DNA of 64,000 bases, taken from the NCBI GenBank assembly GCA_965235115.1, contig OZ249440.1, positions 33,420,001-33,484,000 on the forward strand, read 5' to 3'. The notes under the pieces were generated by a model that saw only the letters and a program-made list of their open reading frames with translations, ran no database searches and had not been told where the DNA came from. The position numbers and the translations under genes are program-made. Shown here piece by piece: positions 1-13,705 of the stretch (its first letter is position 1; each line of letters starts with the position of its first letter). Source of the stretch: Laetmonice hystrix (lineage: Eukaryota).

Positions 1-645
1 GAATGTAAGATGGAGTTTTATCAGAAGGAGGATGGCCATCTATTGTTGGGTTAATCGATGGGACTCACGTCCCGCTCTACACACCCTTTCCCCCGTTTGA
101 CGAAAGTGTTTGTCAACAGGAAGGGTTTCCATTCTTTAAATGTGCAGATAATTTGTAATGCGCAGCTAAAAAATTACAGTCTTGATGCGAGGTTTCCTGG
201 TTGGGTGCCATGATTCCTACATTCTGCCCAACACCACTATTTGGGATAGGTTTGAAGAAAACACAATGCCAAATAGTTGGATGTTGGGGGATTCTGGCTA
301 CCCCCTAAACCATGGCTACTAACACCATTTGCGAACCCAGAAAACGAAGTTCAAGAAAGGTATAACATCAGGCATAAACAAATTCGTTCGGCTGTCGAAC
401 GCTGCAATGGCATACTGAAGATGCGTTGGCGTTGCCTTACCAAACAAATAATGTTCCAACCTCCAAGGGCATCAAGGATCATTGCAGCTTGCAGGGCATT
501 GCACAATTTTGCACTAGATAATAACGAACGGTCACCTAATGATTTTGTTAATAAGAAATGTGCAAGTGAATGCCAATTTCGTCCAAGACGCAACTATTGT
601 GGGTCGAGATAATAAAGGGATACGAATGCGTCAAGATTTAGCTAA
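1..645 (+). pseudogene. Harbinger/PIF DDE transposase, C-terminal part, frameshifted; runs off the window start
   Basis: Motifs across frames: DGTHVP, NRKGFHSLNVQIIC, GDSGYP..PWLLTPF, YN..H...R..VERCNGILKMRWRCL. Confidence 0.85.
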
Positions 646-681
646 CACAGACTCTTCAGACGACAGTGACAAATCTACTGA

Positions 682-3600
682 CACTTCAGGTAAAGTCATA
701 GTTATTGGCCAAAAATCCACATATTTTCTGAAAGCCCATGCTCTGGGGACTTTAGAAATGTGGTCAGTTAAATTCTACAGGTCCGTCCTGATAAAATAAT
801 GGGTATGTGTTCAATTTGGGGCATATTTTGGTATTTTTGCACCGAAATTTGATATTTCTAAAACGTACAGAAACAGTAGCTGGTGATGAATATATATTGT
901 TTATTAACAAAAACACTAAGAAATATAAAGAGGCTTTTAATTTATTACTTAATGAATTTTAATAACTTTTAATTAAAGTGTAACAAGGATCTGAAATTAA
1001 TGGTACTTTTTTTCTTTCGAAAGAGCATCGTTGAAACTTCTTGTAAATCATCCCCTGCAAGCTTTGTGAAAATAAAAAGCATTTTATTAAATATACCCAC
1101 ATTTATATCTCCATATATGACAATCTTGGAATCACACTAATCCTCGGCAATCTTCGGTAAACTCCGGAGTGTGACGTGTCAACGTGTGCAGAGCCGCCAT
1201 TATGACTGTGACCGTAGTAGGCTAAAGTCGGCCGTGTGTTGTTTTCGGGATATGCCTTACATGATCATCCTCAAATTCCATTGCCACGCAGGTAAATCCA
1301 GGTGTCAAGGACAATGAGTGGAGTAAACGAGTGAATAAATGGCGGTGTGCCGCAATGTTGTGGTAAGAGAAGCGTGGACAATCATGCGGGCGTGTATCGT
1401 TGGCCAAACCAGGACCGGTCTCCCGTCAGCCGGTCAGGAACAGGACCATTACTTGACCAAGGTCCAAGCAGTCTGTCCTATCATGTTAACCCAAGAGTAA
1501 ACGACCAAGGCAACCAGAAAATTATCCATCCCACCCAGCCCAACCCCATTCATCATTCTGAGTTTTGACAAAATTCGGACAGGATTTTAGTCTACCCCGG
1601 GCCCCGTCCATGGGTCGGCCGTGAACGAGTTGGGAGTGTTGTAAACAGCGTGCTGTCGTCAGCTGGCGAGGCAAAGCGGGGACGGTTAACATAGTCATGG
1701 GCTATGTTGACAATTTTGTGCGGTTGCACAGGGGTTCACACTACAGCCCTGGGGCATGCTCTTCCAGAAACAAATGAAATCTAGTCCGATAGCCTATAGG
1801 GTGTAGACGGTAGGCGTTATCCACCGGGACAGGTTGCCCAAGTCCCGGGCTCGCAGTCACAGCCTCGGAGGCTGGGTCGGCTCAGCGACTGCAGACCCTC
1901 AACAACAGTTGTCAACTTGCACACATAGTACGCCTATCTGATCTAGGCCTAGGCTATGATCTAGCATGGCTATGCCTATGCCAAAGGGAAAAATCAATAT
2001 CTAAATTCTATAGGCTACCTATAGTTAGTTTATTAAGGCCCAGAATATAGGCCGCCGTGCCGGGCGGGGCCCGCCTGGCCCTGGGGCGCGCAGTGTATGA
2101 CACGCAGCCATGCATGAGTGCCAGCCGTGCGAGCGAGTGTCAGTGCCCGGTTCGGGTTAGCGAGGATTAGCCTCCACGGTGCCACTCTCTAATAGCCTAG
2201 ACAACAACCTACTGCTGTAATTACTTACCTTAGTACCTAGACGTGTTAGTGAACTAAAGGGGATACTAACAGTTTGTTACAGCAGGCACAGGTTCATTGA
2301 TCAATTTGATCAAGTCAAGATCAAGCCATTCAACTTCGAGGGCTTCGTCTTCGACGTTCTCATGATCCGATTCTGTTGAGTCTGAGACCTCTAGTCTGGT
2401 TTAACTCGATATAGATTAGGCCTATGGCTCAACAACATTTCCTAGATCTAAACCTAGGCTTGCATCGGATTCCCCATCCCCACTAATAGTAATGTATCTC
2501 ATCAGAAACTATCGGTCTTCTCCATAGATCTAGATGCCATGTTGGGCATGTTGCTCAGGCCTGCACATGTTGACACGTCATCGGTCACGTGACTCAATTT
2601 CTGGCATTGGGCCATTTGCTTCGGGATGATACAGTGCAGGTGAACGAAAACGGGCTTTTTAATATAAAACAGGTGCAAAACGAACAAAAAACTGGATGGT
2701 TTAGTAATCTACATTTATATTACTTTTCAATTCTTTAAAGTAGTAATTCAGATCCTTGTGACCCTTTAAGTACTTGATTAATTAATTAATTATTTAATAA
2801 CTACAAGAAAATTAATTGATACTGAGATTTTAATTTAGAATTAAATTTACTTCGGAAATTTTTAAACAAGATAGACGCCTACTGTAAATCAAGCTGTGGT
2901 TACTCTCCAGATGGACCCCAAATAATGGAAAGAAAATGCACCCAAATAGTAAGCCCATAAACCTCTGTCTTACTATTTTGTTAGTATTTTTCAGTTAAAG
3001 CAAACACCGACTATACCTATTTCATTGACTCCAAAATGCAGACTTGGGGTGTTAGCTAGTTAGATTAGGCCTTAGACTACATAAATCAATAAATGAATGC
3101 CCACAGAAATGGAGAAATCCCATGAAATTCGACCTTCCAGTCGCCTGTAGTCGCTATGAAGCGAACGTCTTATGGCTGGATGTTGACCTGGCATTAACTT
3201 GAACGGTTTAACTTTGAATTTTATTGGCTGTACAAGTCATTGCTCATTATTTGTGTGTAGTTTCTATCAATTATTTGGGGCCCATCTGGAGAGTAACTGC
3301 AGCTAGATTTACAGCAGTTTCTATCGTTTAAATTTTTTAAAGTAAATTCTAAATTTAAATACCAATATCTAAATTGATCTTTTTGTAAATTTCTATTTGT
3401 GTTATTTATATGAGCCATTACCATAAACTAATAACAATGAATACTCTTTTTACACGCCATATACATTGACCTTATGACCAACCACAGTACAATCTTCTGA
3501 ATCTTTTAATTAAAATTAATAAAGTAATTAAAATTAATTAAGTTATCAGAATAAAAGTTTCTGTGCATTTCTTAGTGCTTTTGTTACTGAAACACGATAT

Positions 3601-3828
3601 ATTCATCACCGAATACTGTTTCTGTAGGCTTCAAAAATATCAAAGTTAGGTGCAAAAATACACACACATATTCCAAATTAAAAGCATACCCTTTTTTTTT
3701 TTTATCAGGACGGACCTCTAGAACTCAACTGACCACATTTCTAAAGTCCCCAGAGCATGGGCTTTCAGAAAATATGTTTGGTTTACCATGTGGATTTTTG
3801 GCCAATAACTATTGCTTTACCTGAAGTG
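682..3828. mobile_element. Non-autonomous TIR element with ~300-bp inverted ends (CAC...GTG), EnSpm/CACTA-like
   Basis: cacttcaggtaaag at 682 and ctttacctgaagtg ending 3828; 682-975 is the reverse complement of ~3500-3828; TGA duplicated at 679-681 and 3829-3831. Confidence 0.75.
977..2765. mobile_element. Kolobok-like non-autonomous element nested in the 682-3828 element
   Basis: TTAA on both sides (973-976, 2766-2769); 18-bp TIR agtgtaacaaggatctga / tcagatccttgtgaccct with 2 mismatches; GC-rich non-coding interior. Confidence 0.7.
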
Positions 3829-4132
3829 TGACTGTTAACCCCAATGTAATGTTTCAATTTGTTATTTACTCACTTTGTTGAACAGATTGAGTGAATAATG
3901 GAACAATAAAGTTTGTCAATAAAGTTACAGAAATCTCATATGTAACTGTCTACTTGGTGTTCAATATATAATCCATGTTCAATGCCAAAGTACAACGTGG
4001 AGTCTTTAAATAACTTTTTATAGTCAGGTGTAGCTGTAGGGATTGTAACAGTTTCCATGTCCAGTACCCGTATCTTGAGAAATGAATCCTGTAGGACAGC
4101 ATTGGGGCAGATGTCGCGCTTCGACTTCTCCT

Positions 4133-5110
4133 CTATTTCTTGTACATGTACTTTCTTGTAGTATAGCGATTTTGTTTTCCATGTACCATTTCCTCAATTT
4201 CATAAGTTTTTCTGGCCACTTCCAGATGCTGACGTTCTACCTCTAATTTTTCGCGTTCTATTGCAATCATTTCCAAGTAGTATTCTGATGCCCCAATGAA
4301 TCTCACACCACTTCCATTTGATCTCATTGATGACTTTGTTCTTGATAAATGCGGTTGCACTCTCTGCTGCTCAGATTCAGAGGATGTAGAATGTGGAGGA
4401 CAGCTGGATGGTCGTTTTTCTTGACTGCCTTGGCAATGCAGTAGTATCGACTGGTTGCGCCGAGACACTATGTTGGCCATCGTCATGTGAAGATTCTTTG
4501 TTATCTTGTAGGTCTAAGTCGGTCTCATCTGTCCCAACACCTCCTGTCACGCCTGAAGAAATTCAATAAACATATAAATACATATCAATAAGCATGTGAA
4601 GTTAGGGGTCGACCATTTTGCACTTACTGGGGGGGGGGGGGGGTAGGAAGATTTGGTGTAGACAGAATTATGTTTTTTTTCCGTACAATTTCAGATCCAG
4701 AAGGTTTTTTTCTTTTGGGTTTCTGATATATTTTTGTTCAACAGAAGAGGGAGTCAGATTATTTTTTTCTCGAGGAAATTTGAGCCAGAAAATTTATTCA
4801 CAAAATCTTACCTCCCCCCGGCCCCCCATCATATTTAAATGGTTGGCCTCTTACAGGTGCGGATCCAGGAATTTTTGCAGGGGGGGGGGGCCGGAAGATG
4901 CGAGCCGTTGGGCGAGGGCGAGGTATTGCAATGATATGAAATGAAAGAAATGAAAGGTGTCAAAAATTGAATCATGAGCCTAGCACCATGTAACGTTCGA
5001 CGTACCTACTAATTGCTCATCGGGTATTACTGCCAGGATCGCCTTTTCTTCTTCATTCAGTGTGTCGACAACGTCAGGATCGTCAACACTAGGATTTTCT
5101 CCACCGCCAG
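4133..5110 (-). pseudogene. Probable Myb/SANT-like partner gene of the Harbinger element, 3' exons
   Basis: Convergent with the transposase at 1-645; GGG..LNEEEKAIL exon, a GT-AG intron (~4555-5010), then the coiled coil YYLEMIAIEREKLEVERQHLEV typical of Harbinger ORF2 C-termini. Confidence 0.5.
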
Positions 5111-5995
5111 GTGCAAGATAGGGCCATATAGTTACTATTGAACGTGAATAGGAAGTCATACATGCTCTTTCAATTGACCCCAAGATTCATGACGTCGCAT
5201 GACAGACGATGTCATAATGACGTCATCAATATATTCTGTTAGGTTTGACTGCTAGGCGGCAAGCCGGTTGGTGGAGCCCTCTGGTGAGCGAGGGAGGAGG
5301 GGTGCCCTCTGGTGAGAAGTGGGGAGAAAAAACACGGAGATCGTGACGGCACTAGCATGGTCCTCGACAGTTTGGGTTTAGCCTCTAGAATAATGTCCAC
5401 CCATGGGAACCCAGTGAAGTGAGTTTCTTTAAACTAAGTTTGTATTGATGTCTTCTTGGGTCTGACATATATGTTCGTCTAGCCTAATGGTTATAAATAT
5501 TGGTCTAGCAAGTATCTTTTGCTTTATTTACAGTTTGTACCGTACGTGTCAGCGAGTCATTGTGTACGAGTGACGGTTTGCTGGGGAGACTCTGAGGCTG
5601 AGGCTAGGAAAATAAAAGTAGTCAAGCCAAGGACCAGTTAGTTGTGAATCCATGTGAATTCCCGTTGCTTACATATTCTAAGGTATATAACTCGTAAATG
5701 GTGGGAGATAAAGCCATGGTTACTATTGAACATGAATAGGAAGTCATAGATCCTCTTTCAAATGACACCAAGATTGCCGACATAGCGTGATGTATGACGT
5801 CATAATTACATCATCAATATTTCATAAAGCCTATATTACTCGTAAATGGTGCATGATGAGCCATGGCTATTGAACATGAATACTATTCAACACGAATATG
5901 CAGTCATATATGTGCTCTTCTGATTAACACCAAGACTTATTAAGACCTCATTAAGTCATAGGGACATGTCGCTCAGGAGATGGGATCCATCCATC
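5110..5995 (+). repeat. Degenerate copies of the ~146-bp satellite unit found at 59430-61060
   Basis: gttactattgaac...aggaagtcata...tgacgtcat units at ~5110-5230 and 5690-5940; same terminal ggacatgtcgc..gatgggatccatc as ~61066. Confidence 0.75.
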
Positions 5996-6273
5996 TCACA
6001 ATAATGAGATAAGTGGCGGTCCCGTCGGCCGTGAGTAGTGGAGAAGGCCACCGTGGCGCTGGCCGGTTCGTCTGCCTCTCAGTGGATAAGGCAGTCGGTA
6101 GCGAGCCCCCGGCACTGGTACCAATTTTGTCATGTCTGAGCCAGCCGGTGACACGATGACGCCGGCCGGTCGTAAGCTCAGTGAATAACCCCCATCACTA
6201 TCTAGACTAGATCTTTTCTAGACCTCCTGCGGGATTTACTGGAGCATCCACAGCTGGGCTCGCCCAAGAGCTG

Positions 6274-8009
6274 CCACACTTGGTCCGTGGAAAATGGTTT
6301 TAAATTTTCAAAATCTAAAACACTCTGCATGCTTTCCACCTTGACCCCGAGTTGACAATGGATTGAGATCCTATCAAGTTCGTTAAAGAGACAAAGTTTC
6401 TGGGACTCACTTTTGACAGCAAGCCGTCCTCACATTAAATCACGGTTTTATCTGGCACAAACTGGGGGGCAGACAGTACAGTCCTTTTACAACTGTACAT
6501 AGCTTTAATCCGGTCGAAGCTCGATTACGGCAGCATAGTTTACGGTTCTGCTTGTAACTCCTCCATACGGCTTTTGGACACAGTTCACCACCAGGGTTTG
6601 CGGCTTTCACTTGGGGCTTTTAGAACGTCTCCTGTTCAGAGCCTCTATGTGGAGGCCAGAGAGCCCTCGCATTACAACAGGCGTCTGAAGCTGGATCTGC
6701 AGTATGCAGTCAAGCTCGGGACAAACAGTTCAAATCCAGCTTACATTTGCGTTTTTCACCCTCAGTTCCAACATTTATATGAACGAAAGGAAAGGTACAT
6801 GTCCCGTGTGTATACGTCCTTTTGGACTGAGGGTGAAACCCCATCTAGAGGAACTGGATGTTGATCTGAACGTCCTGGGGCAGACACATTTTGCAAGATC
6901 CCTTTTGCAAGGGACCTGGAAAAGCCTGACGTCATTCTTCAGTTGGCTCAACTGAAGAAGTCAGAGACTCATCCGCTGACATATTTTGAACATTTTCGTC
7001 ACGTCCAGGCAAGATATCCCGCACATTTTGCCTTCTATACTGATGGCTCAAAGGATGGCAATGATGTGTCTGCAGCAGCAGTTCATGGCAAGGACAACTT
7101 CGGCACCCGCATCTCAGGGCAAAGTTCCATCTTCTCAGCAGAGGCCCGGGCCCTGCTTCTTGCCCTTGAAAATATTGAAGTTTCTAGTGAAAAGGATTTC
7201 CTTATTTTCTCGGATTCCTTATCCTGTCTGCAAGCACTTGCTAACTTGAACACAGATCACCCGGTGATCGTTCAAATCTTGTCCAAGTTGGCAGTGCTTG
7301 CCAGTGCAAACTTTGATATTCACTTTTGCTGGGTGCCTGGGCATGTTGGTATCCCAGGCAATGAGCAAGCTGACAGAACTGCCAAGAGGGCTCTTGAAAC
7401 AGACGTCGAACTGTGTCCAATCCCAGCCTCTGACCTCAGACCTACCATCTGGACATACATTAAGAACAAATGGCAGGCTGAATGGGATGAACAACCAAAC
7501 AATAAATTGTACCAGATTAGTCCTGTCGTGAACCAAAGGTGTCTTCACAGCCTAACCCAACGTAGGCATGAAATTGTTTATACTCGATGCAGGATTGGTC
7601 ATTCTAGATTAACCCACGTGTTTTTATTCAAGGGGGAGCCACCTCCAGAGTGTCATGGCTGTCAGTGTCCTTTGACATTGAAGCATCTTTTACTTGAGTG
7701 TGGTGATTTTACTCTGATCAGACAACGGTTTTATAGTGAGACAAGTCTTAAGGATCTTTTTAACAATGTCAGACCAGGAGTGATTTTAGAGTTTTTGTCA
7801 GAAGCTGGACTTCTGACTCTTTTATAGTTCAGGCTCGTCGATGGCCCGGTTGGGCTGACAGGATGGAGTGTGTTTTAATGATATTCCCGTTGGGGCCCGG
7901 GATAAAATAGGTTCCTTTCATTTCATGGTCTTTTTAACCCTGTTTTCGCCGTGAAGATGGCCCCAGATGCCGGCACGGCGGAAAACCACCACTACTCACT
8001 CACTCACTC
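6274..8009 (+). mobile_element. Nimb/I-group LINE, 5'-truncated (RT C-terminus, RNase H, CCHC, 3' UTR, (CACT)n tail)
   Basis: ORF 6943-7827 has RNase H motifs YTDGSK, SAEARA, FSDSLS, WVPGHVGIPGNEQAD; near-identical to 13706-14590. Confidence 0.92.
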
Positions 8010-8713
8010 CCAGTGATCGTTCAAATCTTGTCCAAGGTGGCAGTGCTTGACAATGCAAACTTTGATATTCACTTTTGCTGGGTGCCTGGTCATGTTGGCA
8101 TCCCGGGCAGTGAGCAAGCTGACAGAACTGCCAAGAGGGCTCTTGAAACAGACGTCGAACTGTGCCCAATCCCAGCCTCTGATCTGAGACCTACCATCTG
8201 GGCTTACATTAAGAACAAATGGCAGGCTGAATGGGATGGACAACCAAACAATAAATTGTATCAGATCAGTCCCATCGTGAACCAAAGGTATCATGACGGC
8301 CTAACCCAACGTAGGCATGAAATTGTATTTACTCGATGCAGAGTTGGTCATTCTAGATTAACTCATGTGTTTTTATTGAAGGGGGAGCCACCTCCAGAAT
8401 GTTATGGCTGTCAGTGTCCTTTGACACTGAAGCATCTTTTAATTGAGTGTGGCGATTTTACTCTGATCAGACAACGGTTTTATGATGAGACAAGTCTTTT
8501 TAGCAATGTCAGTGATTTTAGAGTTTTTGTCAGAGGCTGGACTTCTGACTCTTTTATAGATGTGTTTTTGTGGTGTTCCCGTTGGGACCCGGGATAAAAT
8601 AGGTTCCTTTGGTTTTATGGTCTTTTAACTCTGTTTTCGCTGTGAAGATGGCAGATACGGATGGCAGATGGCGGATGGCGATATGGTGCAAAACCACCAC
8701 TACTCACTCACTC
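8010..8713 (+). mobile_element. Second, shorter 5'-truncated copy of the same LINE, head-to-tail with the first
   Basis: Starts mid-RNase H (VIVQILSK) directly after the previous tail and ends in actactcactcactc. Confidence 0.9.
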
Positions 8714-9329
8714 CCCCAGAGCTGCTGAAGGCGTCGCACGCTGGTCTGTTCTTGATGATGGTTTCGGAAGTTCAGTGCTTTGCATCACTTCTGCCACTGC
8801 TGCCGCAACACCCTTCTCTATTGCTACAGAAACTCCGGTGACTAATCTATTAATCACCCTGTCCAGTTGACCATCTGACATTTCTGCATCCAGTGGAGGC
8901 CAGTCAACCGCTTTCTGGCCCTATCACTCTACCTTGCGGCCGGCCCCGGCACTCTGGACTTGCAATTGGTCGGTCCTCCATCTGGTGGGGCAGTGACTGT
9001 CCCATTGCCCTACGCGACGCACGCCGGTTTCACGGCACCGGGGAGACAGAGCCCACTGCCGTCCTAACACTGTTCCCACCAGTAACTCGCGGGCTTCTAG
9101 ACCTCAGGATGGGCCTCGTATGTGGGGAAGGACTTGGATATCGTCGGGACCTACTTAGAACTCTTCCCGTTTCCCTGTTATACCAAAAAGCATACACATC
9201 ATACCAAGGAACATTAGGCTTATCACAACAATTTTTACTCAGTATTTCCTCAGCTGCAAAAGGAGCTCAATCCATTTCAGGATGCAGTCCACACCGTACC
9301 TTACCTGGCCACAACCACATGTAACAGCA

Positions 9330-9700
9330 CACCACACTGTATTCTTCACACCATACTTTACCTGCGACCACGGGCAGCAGGTTACCACACTGTATTTTGT
9401 TCATGCCCCTACCACAGGCGCAGCATACCACACTGCACTTTGTTCATGCCCCAACCACGGGCGCAACATACCACACTGCATTCTGTTTTGGCCCCGACCA
9501 CGGGCAGCAGCTTACCACACTGCATTTTGCTCATGCCCTGACCACGGGTGCAGCATACCACACTGAATTCATTCTGGCCCCGACCATGGGCAGCAGCTTA
9601 CCACACTGCATTTCTGTTCTGGCCCCGACCACAGGCAGCAGCTTATCAGTACCACTTTACACTTACCGGGCCCCGACCACGGGCAACAGCTGACCATGCT
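9330..9700. repeat. ~43-bp minisatellite, about 8 copies
   Basis: Unit ~gccccgaccacgggcagcagcttaccacactgcattttgttca. Confidence 0.85.
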
Positions 9701-10235
9701 GTCCTCCCCTAGCTGTTACTACAGACAACAGAAATGCATACACACAAATGATACCAATGAACTAAGCACTTAACAATATGAGTAAAACGTATCTACATTT
9801 CTCTCAAACATGTAGCTCCAAAAATTGTTCGTCACCAGTCCTCTCTGCACTTGTAGTTGTGGCCCGATTGCCGACTGAAGGTAGAATGGTAGAACCAGTG
9901 TCCCGAGGCTGGCTAGGAAGAGTTTCCAAGTCACGTGGACATTACCTCAGGTTACATAATTTCGAAATTGCCGCTGTGCAGGACCCGTGTACCGATCTCG
10001 TTGCTTGCTGTGAAAACACTGATTCGGAGTCTCTCCGAAAGGTATAATGACTATATGTCAATTATAATAGTAAGATACAGATAATATACAGAAACTAAAC
10101 TGTATATTCTGCAAATTGTTTCTGCTTAATTTTTACCGAGAGGTTTTTTCCTCAGCTGCACAGGTATCAAAGTTCAGTCTATCATACAGGAGAAATAGAA
10201 ATCTATTTGTCACTTATCACATCCTTTGTTCTTAC

Positions 10236-11170
10236 CTCAAAATGTTGGCCATTCATGGCTGAGTTGTAGTCATCACTACCACTATTTCTCAAGGTGGAAT
10301 TGAACAGCCATCCGTTGGCACTACCTGCCCCTACCAGGATATAACATGGCCCTTTGCCACTTGGCATGTAGACCTGTAATACAGGAAAAAAATGTTAAAA
10401 CTGCAGAATAAGGCATAGGTGTAGTACTATTTTATACAGAGATGAGAGTGACAACTGGAAAAGAAATCTGAAAACTCTGAGGGGCATGAAGTTCTGAGTC
10501 CGACAGGTTTTACCCTCCTCCTCCCCCCCCATAAAAAAAATTTGAATCAAAAATTAACAAAAATAGTATAATACTATTTCATAATATTACAATATTACTG
10601 TAAAGATAATTAACCCTTTCAGGGCGAACAATGCCATGAGGCACTTTTTTGTCACTACTCCGACCACTCCTTGTAAATCAGGCCTCATTCATAGCAAGGA
10701 TGGTCAGTCAACCAACAATTGTCAAGTAGCTGTACTAACTCCTCCCCCATACATATTATATTGATTGCTATTGTCTTTTAGATATTATGTATCCAAAAAT
10801 CACGTTTTTCAACGGCGGTACCGTTGTCATCCCGAGACGAAAATCGAAAATGGCTTGCCCACGTGGGGTGGTGCTCAAAACTGGGTCAGCCCCTGTGACG
10901 ACTGTGACGTAACAAACGTCGCCGGCATAGGGTTAATTACCTGTGATCCTTTCCTCGCCCAACATCGATGGGATGTGTGACGCTGATTGACGGACGATTC
11001 TTCAACATAGACGATATGCAGATGCTGGTCCCTTGCCTTCGTCACACTTTTTAAATACTGATGGTTTTCATGGGTTCACTCTTGTGGATGAGAAGCGTTT
11101 GAGCAGGTGTTGGGGCTTGAAACATAGATACCTAGTCTTCAAAAGCAGCCTCCTCAGAAGACTTGCAGGA
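10236..11170 (-). pseudogene. Spliced IS630/Tc1-like transposase remnant
   Basis: One exon reads IVYVEESSVNQRHTSHRCWARKGSQ; phase-0 GT-AG intron 10940-10374; next exon VYMPSGKGPCYILVGAGS..DDYNSAMNGQHFE ends at GTAAG. Confidence 0.55.
10614..10932. mobile_element. piggyBac-like MITE, copy 1
   Basis: TTAA|CCCT...AGGG|TTAA; homologous to 23388-23744. Confidence 0.75.
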
Positions 11171-12759
11171 ATCCGTAACAGTCAGTATAGATTTAAGTAC
11201 ATGTAAGCAGGCCTACACTTTTACACTTTTCAGCTTGAATATTGAAATTGAATGACTAGTTTGACAAAATTTAATTTGAAATCAAAGCCACCACGAGGGA
11301 GTATAGGCTAAAACATTCATAACTTCCTAGAGCAGGAAAACAGTAATATTTTCTTGTTAGAAATTATTACTTTTCTATTCTTGGCTGGGTCAACAGTTCT
11401 AAGTCGGTTTTTCGATACACTAAAATTTAAGACTCCAATTTATTCCTCATGTGCCAAGGCTCGAAAATTATATTTTGAGCTATGTACCAGTCAGCACTTG
11501 TTAGAGAAATCTACACTCACCAGCAGACCCTTTTGTGGCTTTTCAGCCTCATCAGACGTTATTATTTTATTTGCCAACAGTTTAATTTCTCTTGCAAAAT
11601 GCGAGTTGGCCCCCTTTTTTTTGAAACCCTGCATACCTCTAAATTTAATTCCTGACACATGTTTCTGCTTACCTTGAGCCCATGGTAGAAGTCAAGCTTC
11701 TTCAGTATCATTGGGATGGTTGGGTAACAACCTCCATGATGTAATTTGGAGATGGTATCATGGAACTATGAACTGAATAAGCAAAGTACCTTTAATGTCA
11801 TTGCAGGTGGAAATAGGACTTTTTAAAACAACTTGTGAGATCAGTCAGAGAGTTGTAAACTCCAAGAGGTTTGTAGTTAAGTTTCAAAGAGAATAAGTAT
11901 TAATGACAAAAAATCGGCATGGGATTTATACATTATAGAATATAAAGGTACGATAGTTTTGGTGAATTGTTCATCAAGATGTATACCAATAAGGACAAAA
12001 TGTTTACAACCAATTGGTTAATTAACTGGATATTCAAGTTCAATATAGCTAGGTGGGGTGAGGAACAAGGTAGGAATGTTTTAAAATGTGATGGGCTTAG
12101 ATTCGATTTTCTATCTGGGACTTGAAATTAGGTGTAAAAAATGTATGCTGGTTGCAACCCCCTGGACCCCCCTCCCCCCTAAGACTTTATATTTTCCATA
12201 AAGATCGAAGATGTGTAAACATACATTTATAACAGATTCAGATCGATTTTGGAAGTATTGGAATGGTACATGATCGGTCAGATAAAAATAATTTATGAAT
12301 TTGGAAAGGAAAAACACCCCCTCCCTCTATGCATTTTGAGATCTGAGCTGGATTAACAGGGATCTCGTAGACCACATATTCTGAATGTTTGGATCAAATA
12401 TGACTAACTGAACGAGGAATTCATGACAACTATTTACATCGACATATTATTGAAAGACATATTTAGTCACCTGGTCCATCACTTTCAAGATGCTCTTCAG
12501 AATCTTCAGTGTCAGTGTCATCCTGGTTACTGTCAACACACTCTGGAGCACTAGTATCATCCAAAATCTTAGCAATGTCAGATTCAAGATAGCCGCGTAG
12601 TGGACACACGCAGCCAGTGAGCCTCTGTGGGTATATGTGAGATTTCACTGCCCATATCCTGTTATAAATGCGGGTTACAGGCCAGGGAGTAGCACAGGGA
12701 GGACATAAGTAACACCCGGAGATTTGTAATTGGTGAATTGGTGAATTTGCGGGACCATA

Positions 12760-13516
12760 ATGTCTCAGGAGAAACGAACGACAAGATCAACAGGGTCGAC
12801 TACTGGCATGCCTGTGCCCAACAATAGGGGATCGGAACGGTCAAACGAGGCAAGTAACCAAAATGTTGTATCAAATGCGGACCTACTAGACCATATACGC
12901 ACATTCCAGACGGATTTGAAGACTGAAATCACTTCATTAGCGGGGAAATTAGATTTGCATGCCGCAACGAGTTCTAAAGCCATATCAAGTGTTGAGGTTA
13001 AACTGGAAAAATTCTCTGCAAAATTAGACCTGGTGTACGGTAACATGGTGGCCGATGCCGAAAGCAGGGAGGAAGTTCTTTTCCGCTTAAACTGCTCGGA
13101 GGATAAAGTAAGACGTCTTTCTGTGATGACTGACCAACTGCAGAAAAGAATTTCAACACTAGAGGCTGATAAACGAAGGTGTAACTTGTTTATTGAAGGA
13201 CGACCCGAAGTTCGGGGCGAGAGCACGATGGATACGGTGCATGGGTTGTTCGCTGACCTGACGACGAAAATAGGTCGTGCGGATATTGTAAGTGCGGCTT
13301 GGTATGGCTCAAAGAGGGAAGGCAAGCCAGCCCCGGTCTTGGTTACGCTGGTCAGTTCGAACTTGAAGAAGGATATTTATAGTAATGTGAACCGTCTTGC
13401 TGGTATTCCTAAATGGAAAAATACCTTCGTGAATGATGACTTAACCCCGGAAGAGAGATCTGCAAGGCGTGACACGAGATCTATAACACTTCTGGCACAT
13501 GACCGCGGTGTTGACT
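12760..13516 (+). CDS. LINE ORF1-like protein, N-terminal part (coiled coil plus RRM-like NLFIEG.PE...PVLV...FVNDDLT)
   Basis: L1/CR1-type ORF1 motif order; cut by the Nimb insertion; continues in frame at 18934. Confidence 0.75.
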
Positions 13517-13705
13517 GTAAACAAATGGGAGAGTGAGTGAGTGAGTAGTGGTGGTTTTCTGCCGTGCCCGCATCTGGGGCCATCTTCACGGCGAAAACAG
13601 GGTTAAAAGGACCATGAAATGAAAGGAGCCTATTTTATCCCGAGCCCCAACCGAATATCATTAAAACACACTCCATCCTGTCAGCCCAACCGGGCTATCG
13701 ACGAA

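Noticed and set aside
6943..7827. Standalone host RNase H gene
   Set aside because: It is the C-terminal domain of LINE ORF2, present in several copies and followed by the LINE tail.
12666..12680. aaatgcgggttaca vs aaatgtcgggtcctaca (~23013) as the TSD of the NADAR LINE
   Set aside because: Needs several indels; suggestive only, so the 5' boundary is left approximate.
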